This document shows, in pieces, positions 51,065-61,810 of a stretch of 64,000 nucleotides of DNA; the first letter of the stretch is position 1, and every line of letters starts with the position of its first letter. Origin of the DNA: a virus; the IMG/VR virus record IMGVR_UViG_3300042453_001086, positions 1 to 64,000 of that record; one strand, 5' to 3'. Position numbers and translations under genes: made by a program. The notes below the pieces were generated by a model, which worked only from the letters and a program-made list of their open reading frames with translations, was not told where the DNA came from and did not search any database.

Positions 51065-51484
51065 TCAAGATTTATTATATATCTCTTCTAATAACTTCTT
51101 AGCTTCTTTAATAGATCCTAGATATCCTTCATGATCTTTAGGATCTTGTTTTTTTGTATTTGATTTTTGTTCCTTTGATCTTGATTTTCTATATTTACTT
51201 TTATCATTTAAATGATCTTCGTAAAATCCACAGATTTTATTATCTAGTTCAATCATAGTTATAATATGACTTCTAGGAATAATAAACATATCTTCGTGAG
51301 TGGCGTTGATCCAATCATCAAAGACGATTCCTTCCACAATCATATTAGGTTTTTTAATTTCTATTTTTTCAACTAGGCGAGGATTAAAGACAATAACAAC
51401 ATCATCATCTGGATCGTAACTAACTTTAGCTACGATTTCTTCTCCAGACGTAAGTTTCATTGATGCATAAAAATCTTCTTCCAT
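51065..51484 (-). CDS. Conserved cyanophage protein between uvsW and gp55
   Basis: FYASMKLTSGEEIVAKV; synteny. Confidence 0.8.
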   Translation of the reverse strand: MEEDFYASMKLTSGEEIVAKVSYDPDDDVVIVFNPRLVEKIEIKKPNMIVEGIVFDDWINATHEDMFIIPRSHIITMIELDNKICGFYEDHLNDKSKYRKSRSKEQKSNTKKQDPKDHEGYLGSIKEAKKLLEEIYNKS

Positions 51485-51485
51485 G

Positions 51486-52964
51486 TTAGTTTAAATCCAG
51501 TTTAATGATTTCTACATTGAACTTTTCTTCTTCATAGATTTTCAAACGCTCATCCAGATGTTTAAGCGTATAGTTTTTTTGTGGTGTTCTGCAGAACTCA
51601 TCGGCAATGTCATAAAGAGTTGCATAAGTTTTATTATTACCCTTACGCAATACACGACCGATAGACTGTAAGTTCCTTACTCTTGATTTTGAAGGTGAAG
51701 CAAATACAACATTGTGTAGATTACGAATGTTGATGCCAGTGCTGAATGTTCCGTATGAAGCAACAATCACTGCGTTGTTTTCAGTTTCAGTGATGCGTCT
51801 AATCTCTTCGCGTTCTTCAGTGTCTACACCACCATAGACCAGAAAAACTTTACGACCTTCTTCGACAACACTATTTATCGCCTCGTAAAGTGGCATCCCG
51901 TGACGCTCAACATAGTTGAAAAGAACCAGAGAGTTTCCTTCAAGGTCACGCACAAGATTTTTAATCAGTCTGTTGCGTTTTGGATTATCAACAATAGCAT
52001 CAATCTCTCCCTGATAATCAAAGAACTCCATTCTCTCATGCTTCAGCAAAAGAACTTTGATTCTGAAATCAGATAGATGACCTTCCTTAATAAGTTTCTC
52101 TGTCTTGGTAACATGCTTACACTCACCAAACAATCCTTCCAGCACCCACTTGTGGGTAGCAGAACCATCTAGTGTTCCAGTGAAACCAAAACGATACTTA
52201 GCTTCATGCAACTTAGTCATGATGCCAGTAAGTGATTTGGATTTGAATAGGTGTGCCTCGTCACCAATGACACAGGAGAAGTCATCGAACCAACGCTTTG
52301 GAAACTTGTAGATAGATTGCCAAGTGGAAATGATGACCGCTTTCTCTACGTTCTTATCTTTACCACCATAGATTTTGTGGCAGTGTTCTTCTACATCCCA
52401 ACCATAGTCTTCGAAGTCTTTATACATCTGCTCCACCAGTGAAGTAGTGGGAACAATGATAAGAGTTTTCTTTCCTGTCTTTCTATATTCCGACGCATAA
52501 TAATAACGCACCAGAGAATAAATCATTAGAGATTTACCAGATGCAGTGGGGGAGAGTAGAAGCCTACGATTGTTTAGCAATGCTTCGTAGACAGCCTGAA
52601 CCTGATAATCTCTGGGTTGATGGTTTGGGCATACCGCTGCCATGAATCCTTTGACTCCTTCGAGAGTGATCATCGGATTCTTTTCTTCTACATCTCCGTA
52701 GAACTTATTGGGCTCATAAGAAATAGAATAGTTTTTAATACCACACCATTCCTTCAGGTGTGAGATTAGACCACAATAGAGCTCACCTGTTCCTGGTGAA
52801 TAAAGTCTAATCTTGCCATCCCACACACCACTTCTATACTGTGGCATAAACTTGGCGTTGGGAATGTCGAACGTAAAGTAATCTGCTAACTCGTAATGAA
52901 CGTGAGGTTCTGCTTTGATGGTCAGATAAATGTTGTTCTTTTTTGCAACTGCCAGATTTGTCAT
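51486..52964 (-). CDS. uvsW: SF2 DNA helicase UvsW
   Basis: SPTASGKS; IGDEAH; LQSIGRVLR. Confidence 0.96.
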   Translation of the reverse strand: MTNLAVAKKNNIYLTIKAEPHVHYELADYFTFDIPNAKFMPQYRSGVWDGKIRLYSPGTGELYCGLISHLKEWCGIKNYSISYEPNKFYGDVEEKNPMITLEGVKGFMAAVCPNHQPRDYQVQAVYEALLNNRRLLLSPTASGKSLMIYSLVRYYYASEYRKTGKKTLIIVPTTSLVEQMYKDFEDYGWDVEEHCHKIYGGKDKNVEKAVIISTWQSIYKFPKRWFDDFSCVIGDEAHLFKSKSLTGIMTKLHEAKYRFGFTGTLDGSATHKWVLEGLFGECKHVTKTEKLIKEGHLSDFRIKVLLLKHERMEFFDYQGEIDAIVDNPKRNRLIKNLVRDLEGNSLVLFNYVERHGMPLYEAINSVVEEGRKVFLVYGGVDTEEREEIRRITETENNAVIVASYGTFSTGINIRNLHNVVFASPSKSRVRNLQSIGRVLRKGNNKTYATLYDIADEFCRTPQKNYTLKHLDERLKIYEEEKFNVEIIKLDLN

Positions 52965-53440
52965 TAGGTGCTACCGTTAATAAACTTCTCCCACTCGATA
53001 GCGTTTTTAATTTGGAAACTTCTGTTGGAAATCATTTTAAGAACATTATCCAAAAAGAAAAGTGCCTTATTAATAAACTCTATTTTCATCTCAATGTTAA
53101 TCAAATCCTCATCCGCTTCTAGATATACTTTCATCTTCTCGGATGTTTTTATGGATTGCCCAAAAGGTTTTTCTTTGTAAACTTCGGGGTCTGCTTCCCC
53201 TTGATAATATTCTCTTTTTTCTTTTAACTTCATACGATACTGGAACTCCAGTGCTGTCTTCTCTGTAGAGAAATCGTTGTAAAAGTTTAAATATTTATTG
53301 TGCTGGTAAGGAATGTCTAGCGAGATTTGTGCTAGGTCTGCTGAGTATTGTTTGTTTTTAAACTGAAAGTCGATATGTGAATCTTCTTGCCATTCTGATT
53401 TAACATGATTAAAAAGGGTTCTCAAATCATCAAACTTCAT
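52964..53440 (-). CDS. uvsY: Recombination mediator UvsY
   Basis: Position; KYLNFY...KREYYQG...ISNRSFQIKNAIEWEKF. Confidence 0.9.
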   Translation of the reverse strand: MKFDDLRTLFNHVKSEWQEDSHIDFQFKNKQYSADLAQISLDIPYQHNKYLNFYNDFSTEKTALEFQYRMKLKEKREYYQGEADPEVYKEKPFGQSIKTSEKMKVYLEADEDLINIEMKIEFINKALFFLDNVLKMISNRSFQIKNAIEWEKFINGST

Positions 53441-53443
53441 AAA

Positions 53444-53956
53444 TCACAACTCCTTGTTATTTTTATCTGTAAAATAATATCTAAAAAACTTAAAAGTTAC
53501 ACTAGCAGTAATGTATTCCACATCTTGATCTCCAACATCAAACTCGACTCCAGATAAATCTACTGGGAATAATCTTTCGAAAAATACTATTCGGTTAGTT
53601 TTAAAGTTGCTATTGAGTATGTGAAGTTCTGCATTACAAAACTCTATGCCGCTATCATCATAAGTTTCTGCTAGGTTATTTTTTTGAATCCAATGAAAAA
53701 TAGAAAGATAGTTTTTTAAATCTTCATCAATAATAAACTGTAATCTAAAATCTCCATAAGTTACACCACCCGCAGAAGGTATTGGTAAACTTCTAAATGG
53801 AGTTGGAATTTCTGTAGTTGGAACGGAAATATCAGGTACTCCAGCTCTCTGGCAGAAAAAATCTACACCTGGAAAAAGTTCCAACTCTAGTTTAAATCCT
53901 GCAGGAGCAAGGAAGTTTCTGTTTGATGGTTGTTCTTCAAACCATTTTGCTGGCAT
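53444..53956 (-). CDS. gp3: Tail tube terminator / completion protein
   Basis: NRNFLAPAGFK...VDFFCQ...FIIDEDLKNY...YITASVTFKF. Confidence 0.88.
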   Translation of the reverse strand: MPAKWFEEQPSNRNFLAPAGFKLELELFPGVDFFCQRAGVPDISVPTTEIPTPFRSLPIPSAGGVTYGDFRLQFIIDEDLKNYLSIFHWIQKNNLAETYDDSGIEFCNAELHILNSNFKTNRIVFFERLFPVDLSGVEFDVGDQDVEYITASVTFKFFRYYFTDKNNKEL

Positions 53957-53988
53957 GATCTTATCCTTTTTTTACTATTTATTTCCAT

Positions 53989-54016
53989 AAAAAAAGACCC
54001 CCCTTGCGGGAGGTCC
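53989..54016 (-). terminator. Terminator after gp23
   Basis: GGACCTCCC-GCAA-GGGGGGTC followed by a U-tract. Confidence 0.85.
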
Positions 54017-54033
54017 GAGAAGAACCTGATAAA

Positions 54034-55455
54034 TCAGGTGAGGTTGGTAACCTTAACTCTTCTGTAATACTGGTTAGTATTAGGAGTAAGGATGCCGCCA
54101 TCTGGAGTACCACCAGCGATACCATTAACGTTTGTGGTTGAAACGAATGGGTTGCTGACCATGCCGTAACGAGTCTTGAAGCCAATCTTAGGCTGGAAGG
54201 TGTCAGGGTTGATCGAACGAACCATCTGGAGAGGAACGTATGGGCAATAGAAGAGACCTGCATCATAAGGTGAGGTGCCCTTATAACCCATAACATAGTA
54301 GTGCTTAGCAGCCTGACCCTGTGAGTAGACAGGAGCACCGAATGGATCGATGTAAACACGGATACCACCCTGGAGAACACCAGCAAATACGTTACCAGTG
54401 TCATCAACGTTGAGTGAAGTGTTGAGAGCAGGGGCGTAATCAAGCATACCAGCCATGCTCATAGCGGAAGCAACGTCTGCAGAGCAGATCATGAAGTTGC
54501 CCTTACCTCTACGGGTTAGTTGACCGATAGCGTTTGCATCACGTTGAATCTGGAATAGAAGACCCTTGAACTTCTCTGCCATCCAACGACCGTTTGAATC
54601 GATATCAAGGTCGAAAGTACCCTGAGTAGCAACGTCTTGCTGAGCACCAGGAAGCGCAACAGTGTAAACGGTACGGATGATTTCACGGTTGATCTCAGCA
54701 AGAATCTCGCTTGAGAGTAGGTTGGCGAGCTCTTGCTCAGCATCAAGACCATGGATTGCCTTGAGGTCTTGTGCTAGTTCTAGGGTGTACTCAGCCTTGA
54801 GAGCGCGTGTCTTAGCAGTCACCGAGGTCTTCTCGATGCTGAACGCCATCTCGCGGAATAGAGTATTTGCTTCGCCTAGAACTTCAGAAGTCTCACGGCT
54901 CATGCCACGAGCAACTTCATATGCAGAAGGTACAGCGTCGTTAAGAACTGCAGGGTTGTTGCCCTCAGCATCTCCACCAGTTCCGTCAGCACCACGAACG
55001 TTATAAGCGCCCTTGGTTGCATCGTAACCAGCTGAGAATGCCTCGTCTGGTTCGTAGTAGAGAGCCTCAGCGCCGCCTTGGTTCTCGTAACGAGCACGCA
55101 TTGCGAAGATAAGACCAGTAGGACCGCTCATTGGTTGAACACCAGCGATGTCATAAGCGACAAGGTTAGGCATTGAACGGCGGATTAGGCTGATTAGGAT
55201 AGGATCGAAACCAGCAAGACCAGCAGTGTTGCTGGATGATAGAGCTGAACCAGCAGGTGAAATGGTTGCGGAACCTAATGAGTTTACCTGTGAGGTAACT
55301 TCATGAAGCATTCCATACTCTTCACGAACTGCACGCTCTTGATTTTCTAGCAGGGTAGCAACAACCTGTTTACGATATGCATCCTTGATTTCAGGAAGAC
55401 CACCGTGATTTAGAACAGGTGCCCACTTTTCCTGCAAAATTCTTGTATCAGACAT
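54034..55455 (-). CDS. gp23: Major capsid protein
   Basis: LLENQE; GVQPMSGPTGLIFAMR; FYCPYVPL; KIGFKTRYG. Confidence 0.98.
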   Translation of the reverse strand: MSDTRILQEKWAPVLNHGGLPEIKDAYRKQVVATLLENQERAVREEYGMLHEVTSQVNSLGSATISPAGSALSSSNTAGLAGFDPILISLIRRSMPNLVAYDIAGVQPMSGPTGLIFAMRARYENQGGAEALYYEPDEAFSAGYDATKGAYNVRGADGTGGDAEGNNPAVLNDAVPSAYEVARGMSRETSEVLGEANTLFREMAFSIEKTSVTAKTRALKAEYTLELAQDLKAIHGLDAEQELANLLSSEILAEINREIIRTVYTVALPGAQQDVATQGTFDLDIDSNGRWMAEKFKGLLFQIQRDANAIGQLTRRGKGNFMICSADVASAMSMAGMLDYAPALNTSLNVDDTGNVFAGVLQGGIRVYIDPFGAPVYSQGQAAKHYYVMGYKGTSPYDAGLFYCPYVPLQMVRSINPDTFQPKIGFKTRYGMVSNPFVSTTNVNGIAGGTPDGGILTPNTNQYYRRVKVTNLT

Positions 55456-55503
55456 TTTGCTTTTACTCCGTTGAGTTATTGGGGTTAAAATTATTTATTA
55501 TAA

Positions 55504-56634
55504 TCAGTTGCTCCAGCGAGAAAGAGCCTGGAGATATGCAGCCATTACTGGTGATACTTCTTCGGTTCCTTGCTCACCTGAGACTTCAGGTAGTACTTGC
55601 TCATTCACTACATGCTTAGGGAAGTAGCTGCCAATGAGAGTTGCGACTTTGTTCTTGAAATCTTCTTCAGAAACAAACTCCACCCCTTCAGCAAGAGAAG
55701 CAAGTTTTTCTCTTTGAGTATCAACAAGACCCTCGCTCATTTGAGAAAGGATAACTTGCTTTTGATAACCAGCGAGTTTATTATTAAGATCAATATTACG
55801 CTCAATCTGTTCGTTTAAGCGACCTTCCATTTCACAAAGCTCCTCAGTCATTGTTTCTACAACATCGACTTTCTCTTCTGGGAGATTGAGGTAGTTTTCT
55901 TCAAAAACTTTTTTGAGACCACCCATGAACTCTTCAGCGATCTCAAGCTTGAGACCTGCATCGAGTGCAACTTGGTTCTCTTCTACCCAAGTGGTGATTG
56001 CATAGTTGAGTGTTTCATCAACTTTCTCTGAAAGGGCAGCAATCTCCTCTTGGAGTTTGGCGGAGAACTGCTCCTCTAGAGTTGAAGCAATAGCAGTTAC
56101 TTGCTCTTCGATGCGTGTCTTGACAGCAGCTTCAAAGATTGTGGTTGCTTTTGCTTTGAACTCTTCTGAGAACTCTTCGCCTTCAGTAAGGGCAGCAACA
56201 TCTTCCGCAGCGGAATAGTTGATTGCTTCCATACCAAATACTTTTGTATTGTTGGGACCATTCTCAACGCCATAACCAGATGACTTAACCGAGAAGCCCG
56301 AATCTTGGTGCTTACCGCGTGTTTGTGCATCAGCAACTTTTTTGTTGTGCTTAGCAGCTTTTGCTCCAGGATTCTCTTCACCTTCTGGATCTTCAAAATC
56401 AGAACCACCGTTATCTTCTTCTGATTGCCCAGGAGCAAGAGAAGTTGGTAGTTCGAATCCTGAATCTTTATGACCACCGCGAGTCTGAGCGTCACTTACT
56501 TGACCAGTAACGGGTTGCATGTATTGACCGATACCAGATGATTGACCAGGAACAATAGCTGGGGAGAGAGCACTCGTCATTACATCTGACTCAGTTACAA
56601 GCTCCTCAAACTTTTCGTTTAAGTTATCTGACAT
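55504..56634 (-). CDS. gp22: Prohead core scaffold protein
   Basis: EEFKAKATTIFEAAV...; acidic coiled coil; synteny. Confidence 0.92.
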   Translation of the reverse strand: MSDNLNEKFEELVTESDVMTSALSPAIVPGQSSGIGQYMQPVTGQVSDAQTRGGHKDSGFELPTSLAPGQSEEDNGGSDFEDPEGEENPGAKAAKHNKKVADAQTRGKHQDSGFSVKSSGYGVENGPNNTKVFGMEAINYSAAEDVAALTEGEEFSEEFKAKATTIFEAAVKTRIEEQVTAIASTLEEQFSAKLQEEIAALSEKVDETLNYAITTWVEENQVALDAGLKLEIAEEFMGGLKKVFEENYLNLPEEKVDVVETMTEELCEMEGRLNEQIERNIDLNNKLAGYQKQVILSQMSEGLVDTQREKLASLAEGVEFVSEEDFKNKVATLIGSYFPKHVVNEQVLPEVSGEQGTEEVSPVMAAYLQALSRWSN

Positions 56635-56687
56635 TTGAGATTCCTCGTAATACTTACTATATGTTTATTCTATGATTATTTATGATA

Positions 56688-57332
56688 TTATAAATTTTGT
56701 AAGAAATCGTTGAAAGCTTTCAGCGATCTCTCCTCCAGATTTTTTCTGGTGGATTCAGAAATATATCTGTGATATTTAGCAATATTAACTTCCTTAATAA
56801 TGCCGTTTTCCCAAACCCACTCTTTACCTTCCATGATACCATTCACAAATGCGTCAGGTGCGGAGGGGTCTGCTACAATATCAGCAGCAGTTGCGAGCAT
56901 GAAATCATCACGGACATAGTTGGCACCGTTCTTCTCTTCGATAGAACCCATGCCCCTCGAAGAAACGCCAAGTTTAACTCCTGAACTTAGGAGAGATTTG
57001 GCGATGTTTCCCATTGGTGTATCTAAGATTTGTGCTTTTCCAATGAAGTTTGAACCCTCTGCTTTGAGAGAAACAATCTTATGAGATACGCGATCTAGAT
57101 TTACAGTGGGACCATCAGGATGACCTAGTTCACCGAGAGCACGACCAGCAGAAACATACTGTTCATTGTATCTACCAACTTCACGCTCAAGAACACCGAA
57201 TGGATAAACACGACCATTTCGGTTTTTCAAATCTGCCTGAAGGAATACACCTTCAATGTATAGTAGTTTTTTTCCGTTTGCTTCTTCTTCGAGGATTTGA
57301 ATATCTTCGATTGCTTCGGTGATTAGTTTCAT
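56688..57332 (-). CDS. gp21: Prohead protease
   Basis: IEGVFLQAD.KNRNGRVYP; ALGELGHP; GVSSRGMGS; DIVADPSAP. Confidence 0.97.
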   Translation of the reverse strand: MKLITEAIEDIQILEEEANGKKLLYIEGVFLQADLKNRNGRVYPFGVLEREVGRYNEQYVSAGRALGELGHPDGPTVNLDRVSHKIVSLKAEGSNFIGKAQILDTPMGNIAKSLLSSGVKLGVSSRGMGSIEEKNGANYVRDDFMLATAADIVADPSAPDAFVNGIMEGKEWVWENGIIKEVNIAKYHRYISESTRKNLEERSLKAFNDFLQNL

Positions 57333-57529
57333 TGGTCTGTTTCCTCTGATGGTGTTTCTTCTACCTCCTCTTCAGGAGATTCTGGTTGATCGAAAAAAGA
57401 ATGAGCAACAACTTGTTTGTAATCTTTCATTGCTTCTGCTGCTTTTCCGTAGAGGATGTCAGCAATTTTATCGAGTGCTTGAACTCTATTACCGTCACGG
57501 ACGGCGTTTACGACTTCAATAGTATCCAT
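57329..57529 (-). CDS. Small acidic prohead core protein (gp67/68 position)
   Basis: 66 aa with a Glu-rich tail; lies between gp20 and gp21. Confidence 0.65.
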   Translation of the reverse strand: MDTIEVVNAVRDGNRVQALDKIADILYGKAAEAMKDYKQVVAHSFFDQPESPEEEVEETPSEETDQ

Positions 57530-57552
57530 TTGATTTACCTATAATAAATTAT

Positions 57553-59169
57553 TTATTTTTCTGATGTTTTAGGTTTAGGTGCAGCTGCTGGAGCGGGAGG
57601 TGGAGGAGGCAATGCCCCCACTTCCAAAGTTGCTGCATTCATTAGGTTTGTGTGGATTGGATCTGGAATCTTGCCTTCCGCAATCTCATTCTCCATTTGC
57701 TTGGTAATCTCGTCATACTCAGCATCAGTTTGCATTAATACTTGACGACGAACGTGTTCAATCGAATAATACTTTCCTAAGAAAGGATCTAAAGCAGTTG
57801 CAACTTGTAGGCGATTGCCCATTAGTTCTGCTTGCTTGAGTTCTTCAAAATGATTATCAAACTGATAGTCATACTGAATGTGCTCTTGCATTTGCTCCCA
57901 ATCTTCTGGAGCAATGATTCCTTTTAAAATAAGTTGTGTTCTTAAAGTGTCGTGAAATATAGTGCTAAATCTTTTACGAAGTCTTCCGATCCACTTAGAA
58001 AACTTAAGTTCATCTCTTAGAATCTCAGATGAACGACCAAGTGAGAATCCTTGGTTGGCATCATCTAAACGTGATGGTGGAAGGTTGAGTGAGTTGTATA
58101 GTTTCTTTTTAAAATACTCAACGTCTTTCAGTTCGCCCAGATTTTGACCACCAGGCAGAGTTGTGATTTCAGTTCCTCTGCCACCTTCACGACGAGGGAG
58201 CCAAAAGTCTTCAAGCATACTCATATGCTTTTTGTCGTCGCGGATTTCTCCAGTGGCAGCATCGTACACAAGTTTGTTGCGGTAACGTGCCATTACCTCT
58301 CTAAGGTATTGCTCCGCTTTTACTTTAGGGAGATTGCCTACGTCGATGTAAAAGATACGGCGTTCTGGTGCGCGTGAAAGTCTGTAGATAACCAGCGCAT
58401 CTTCAATCATGCGAAGCTGGTTGAGTGCTTTGATTGCTTTATGTAAGAAACTCAACGTCATTTTTTTGTTGAGATCTTGGATGCCCGAAGGAACATATGT
58501 AATAGCATCAGCAGCAATCTTCATGCCATTTGCCATGGCATTACCATCAAAGTTTGCGCTTGTAATATATCCTTTTGGATTATAAAGGAAGTACTCAATA
58601 AACTCACCAAAGTTATATTGGAGTGCTGTGCCGCGAGTCTCCTGACTCATTACTTCTTTCTGGTCTTTATTTTGAACTTTGACCTTTTTGATTTTCATCG
58701 GGTCAATATATCTCAGTTCAAGAATACCAGATTTGGGATTGTTCAAATCTATTACTTTGTGGTAATATAGTCTTCCATCAATATACCAGTTTCTGAAAAT
58801 CTCGTGTGAACGAGAATCAAAATTTAATAAACGTTTGATGTAGTTAAACTCTTCTCTGATTTTATTTTTAATACTTTCACTAACTTGCAAGTTAGATAGT
58901 TCTATTTGAACTGGACTATCATCCAAATCAGATGCTATAGTTTCATTAACGATTTCGTCAATAGCAGAATCGACTTCTGGATGTAGTGCCATGTCTCTGT
59001 ATCTGCGAATGAGTTCAAACTCATTGCGAGCGACACCTTCGATGTCTACATACGAACCAAAGTAACCGCCTGCTACAGCGGTTACTCCATCGTCTGCATT
59101 TGGTGGGATGGGGGATTGACCTTTTAATCCCCCCTCCTGCTTAATAGAAAATCCAAATAGTTGACTCAT
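57553..59169 (-). CDS. gp20: Portal protein
   Basis: WYIDGRLYYH; EDALVIYRLSRAPERRIFYIDVGNLPK; MLEDFWLPRREGGRGTEI. Confidence 0.98.
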   Translation of the reverse strand: MSQLFGFSIKQEGGLKGQSPIPPNADDGVTAVAGGYFGSYVDIEGVARNEFELIRRYRDMALHPEVDSAIDEIVNETIASDLDDSPVQIELSNLQVSESIKNKIREEFNYIKRLLNFDSRSHEIFRNWYIDGRLYYHKVIDLNNPKSGILELRYIDPMKIKKVKVQNKDQKEVMSQETRGTALQYNFGEFIEYFLYNPKGYITSANFDGNAMANGMKIAADAITYVPSGIQDLNKKMTLSFLHKAIKALNQLRMIEDALVIYRLSRAPERRIFYIDVGNLPKVKAEQYLREVMARYRNKLVYDAATGEIRDDKKHMSMLEDFWLPRREGGRGTEITTLPGGQNLGELKDVEYFKKKLYNSLNLPPSRLDDANQGFSLGRSSEILRDELKFSKWIGRLRKRFSTIFHDTLRTQLILKGIIAPEDWEQMQEHIQYDYQFDNHFEELKQAELMGNRLQVATALDPFLGKYYSIEHVRRQVLMQTDAEYDEITKQMENEIAEGKIPDPIHTNLMNAATLEVGALPPPPPAPAAAPKPKTSEK

Positions 59170-59199
59170 TGTTAAATGGTTTCATGATATAACTATTTA

Positions 59200-59805
59200 T
59201 TAGCTCTCAGAACCAGCGCCTGCAATAACATTTTCTGCAGCATCATCATCACCACGAGTCCAGTATTGAATCTGAAACTCTACGGTGAAATCTTCAATCT
59301 GGTCATTGCTATCATAAGCAAGATCAATCTGAGAAATGTTGGTTGGGAAACATCCAACTAGTTTATAAACTGTTTTGGTTGCACCTCCAGCACTGTCATT
59401 TCTTTCTAGTTGCTTAACTAAAATATCTCTGAGATATCCATCGGTTGAGTTTGGTAGGACTAAACCAGCACTATTTTGTTCGTGTCTGTTGATAGCTTCC
59501 ATCCACTTTTCCATAGCTCCGCGAATAGCGAAGTTTCTGTCGTTGATGAAAGTAGCAGTCCAGGTATCGAAGGTTCTATCCCCAGCAATCTTTACTGTTC
59601 TTCCTCTGAAAGGAACTTCAATAACACCTAAGTTGGAAGCTGGTAGAGCAGCAGCTTTACATAGAAGACCACTTAGATCATCCACTGCCTGTGCATTTTC
59701 AATATCAACTCCACTTGGAAAAGCAAAATCAACTAGATAAAGGTTTGGACGTACACCGTTCTGTACGTTTTGTAAGAAAGCATTAATGCTACTTGTGATT
59801 GCCAT
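59200..59805 (-). CDS. gp19: Tail tube protein
   Basis: RPNLY; VPFRGRTVKIAGDRTFDTW; IEDFTVEF. Confidence 0.96.
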   Translation of the reverse strand: MAITSSINAFLQNVQNGVRPNLYLVDFAFPSGVDIENAQAVDDLSGLLCKAAALPASNLGVIEVPFRGRTVKIAGDRTFDTWTATFINDRNFAIRGAMEKWMEAINRHEQNSAGLVLPNSTDGYLRDILVKQLERNDSAGGATKTVYKLVGCFPTNISQIDLAYDSNDQIEDFTVEFQIQYWTRGDDDAAENVIAGAGSES

Positions 59806-59838
59806 TTTTTGTTACCTCTTTAAGTGAATAAATTTTTA

Positions 59839-61488
59839 TTATCTACCAACAACTTCAGAGAAAGATACGCCAGTGCGAGTGGCAACAAATGTAATGGTGA
59901 TAAAGTTAATAGATCTAGCTGGTTTTACATAAATCTCAGCAACAAACTCATTTCTGTCAATAACATCGGGTGTGTTATTTGACTCATCGCAAACTACTAA
60001 GAAGTCAGTTACACCACGCTTAGCTCTTACCTCTGTCATATAAGAGTTAACTGCATTTGTGAATGTAGATCTTGTTGCTTCATCGTTAAGTTCAAATAGA
60101 ACATTCTTTGCTAAGCTACCGATTCTCTTTTCGATAGCAAGGAATAAACGACGAACGTTGATTCTATCAAAAGCACTTGGAGTTGCTAATGCAGTTTTGT
60201 CTCCAAAAAGAACTACACCTTGACCTGGGAAAGAGGTGATTGGGTTGATTCTCTTTAGATAGAGTTTATCTCTATCAGTTTTTCCTGGAACGTATGCTAG
60301 TTTAACAACGTTCTTTAAGTTTCCTCTTTGAGTTCCAGCAGGTGAGAACCAATCCTCTGCATTTAATGAGGTCTCTACACATAAACCTGCTACATCTCCG
60401 CAGCATGGTACATAACGATAAACATCATTGTATCTATCGTAGATATATTTGTAACCAGAATCAAACACAGTGTATGAGTTGCTTGTTCCTAGTTGATCGA
60501 AGAAAGCAATGATTGCATCTCTTTGAGCAGATACGGAAGATAGAGAAATAAAGTTATTGTAAGGAGAAACGAAAGCGATGCAATCTTTTCTGGAAGTGGC
60601 AATGTTTATGGCAGCCTGTGCTTTTGTTACAGTGTTGTTTTGATTAGATAAGGAACCACCAACTAAAATAAAGTTTACATCGATAGATTCTGTGTCAGCA
60701 AATAAATCATATGCTGAGTTGTAATCTGCTACTGATGCGCCATAATCATCAGATCCACCACCAAAGATGTAAGTTTTTTGACCGATTTCTGAACCAACTG
60801 AAGCGCCAGCATATACATATCTCGATCTGTTTCTCAAAACATTCACGTAGTATAGAGAAGCACCTTCGTTATCTACAGCGTTTGATGATGTTGATAGATA
60901 TTGATAGAGTTCTAAAACATTGTTATCTCCATCTAGAACTGCAATGTGGCAGCTATTTGCAGGAGCAAAAGTGAAATCTGGAGCGTAAGCAGACCAAAGA
61001 ACGTCGTTACCTTCGCTGTCTTCGTGGATAACTGCTGTACTGTAACTAGCATCCGCATCGATGTAGCAAACTTTTAAATCATTTCCCCATTGACCTGCAG
61101 TTCTTGCTGCAAATGCCCAGGTATAAGTAGAATAGCTTGCTTCATACTGTGATGTAGTCGAGATTAGTTGACCAGTACCAACAGTTTCATCTAAATCTGC
61201 GGTAGCATTTTCTGCATCTCCGTCATCTGGAGCAATGCGAACAATCTGGAGTTGACCACCATATGCTAAAAATGCAGTTGCGGTAAACCAATCTTGAAAG
61301 TTATTATCGTTTGGACCACCAAACGTATCTAGAAGTTCTCTTTCTGAAGTTATATTTGTAATAACACCAACTGGTCCCTTCTCAAACAATCCAACAAGTG
61401 CTGCAGTGTTTGCTTGAGTATTGACAATAGTTTGTGCTGTTAGATCACGCTCTCTAAGAACAATTCCAGGTGATACTTGACCTGCCAT
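59839..61488 (-). CDS. gp18: Tail sheath protein
   Basis: SPGIVLRERDLT; WFSPAG; FDRINVRRLF; KPARSINFI. Confidence 0.97.
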   Translation of the reverse strand: MAGQVSPGIVLRERDLTAQTIVNTQANTAALVGLFEKGPVGVITNITSERELLDTFGGPNDNNFQDWFTATAFLAYGGQLQIVRIAPDDGDAENATADLDETVGTGQLISTTSQYEASYSTYTWAFAARTAGQWGNDLKVCYIDADASYSTAVIHEDSEGNDVLWSAYAPDFTFAPANSCHIAVLDGDNNVLELYQYLSTSSNAVDNEGASLYYVNVLRNRSRYVYAGASVGSEIGQKTYIFGGGSDDYGASVADYNSAYDLFADTESIDVNFILVGGSLSNQNNTVTKAQAAINIATSRKDCIAFVSPYNNFISLSSVSAQRDAIIAFFDQLGTSNSYTVFDSGYKYIYDRYNDVYRYVPCCGDVAGLCVETSLNAEDWFSPAGTQRGNLKNVVKLAYVPGKTDRDKLYLKRINPITSFPGQGVVLFGDKTALATPSAFDRINVRRLFLAIEKRIGSLAKNVLFELNDEATRSTFTNAVNSYMTEVRAKRGVTDFLVVCDESNNTPDVIDRNEFVAEIYVKPARSINFITITFVATRTGVSFSEVVGR

Positions 61489-61588
61489 GTTTTTCTCCTC
61501 GTGAAAAGTAGTTCATTTTAATCTAAAAGTATTTATGAAAATGGTTATTTCAAATCCAAAAAATATGCATGAACAGTGCATGAACTAG

Positions 61589-61810
61589 TTACCAGTCAGG
61601 ATATTCCCATGTATTTGGGGATTTTTTATTTGCCATCAGTCTCTTGATGGTACAATCTTTACACTCATAAGAGTATGACGAAGGTAAATGTCTCTTTGAT
61701 TTTCTTATAATATAATAATCATCTAAAAGATCTTTGATCTCTCCACAACATCTACATGTTCTTTCTTTAAACAATAAATGCTCTAGTGAAAACTGATCTT
61801 CGATGTCCAT
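61589..61810 (-). CDS. Small Zn-finger protein (endonuclease-VII-like N-terminal finger)
   Basis: RTCRCCG...YSYECKDC...WEYPDW. Confidence 0.75.
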   Translation of the reverse strand: MDIEDQFSLEHLLFKERTCRCCGEIKDLLDDYYIIRKSKRHLPSSYSYECKDCTIKRLMANKKSPNTWEYPDW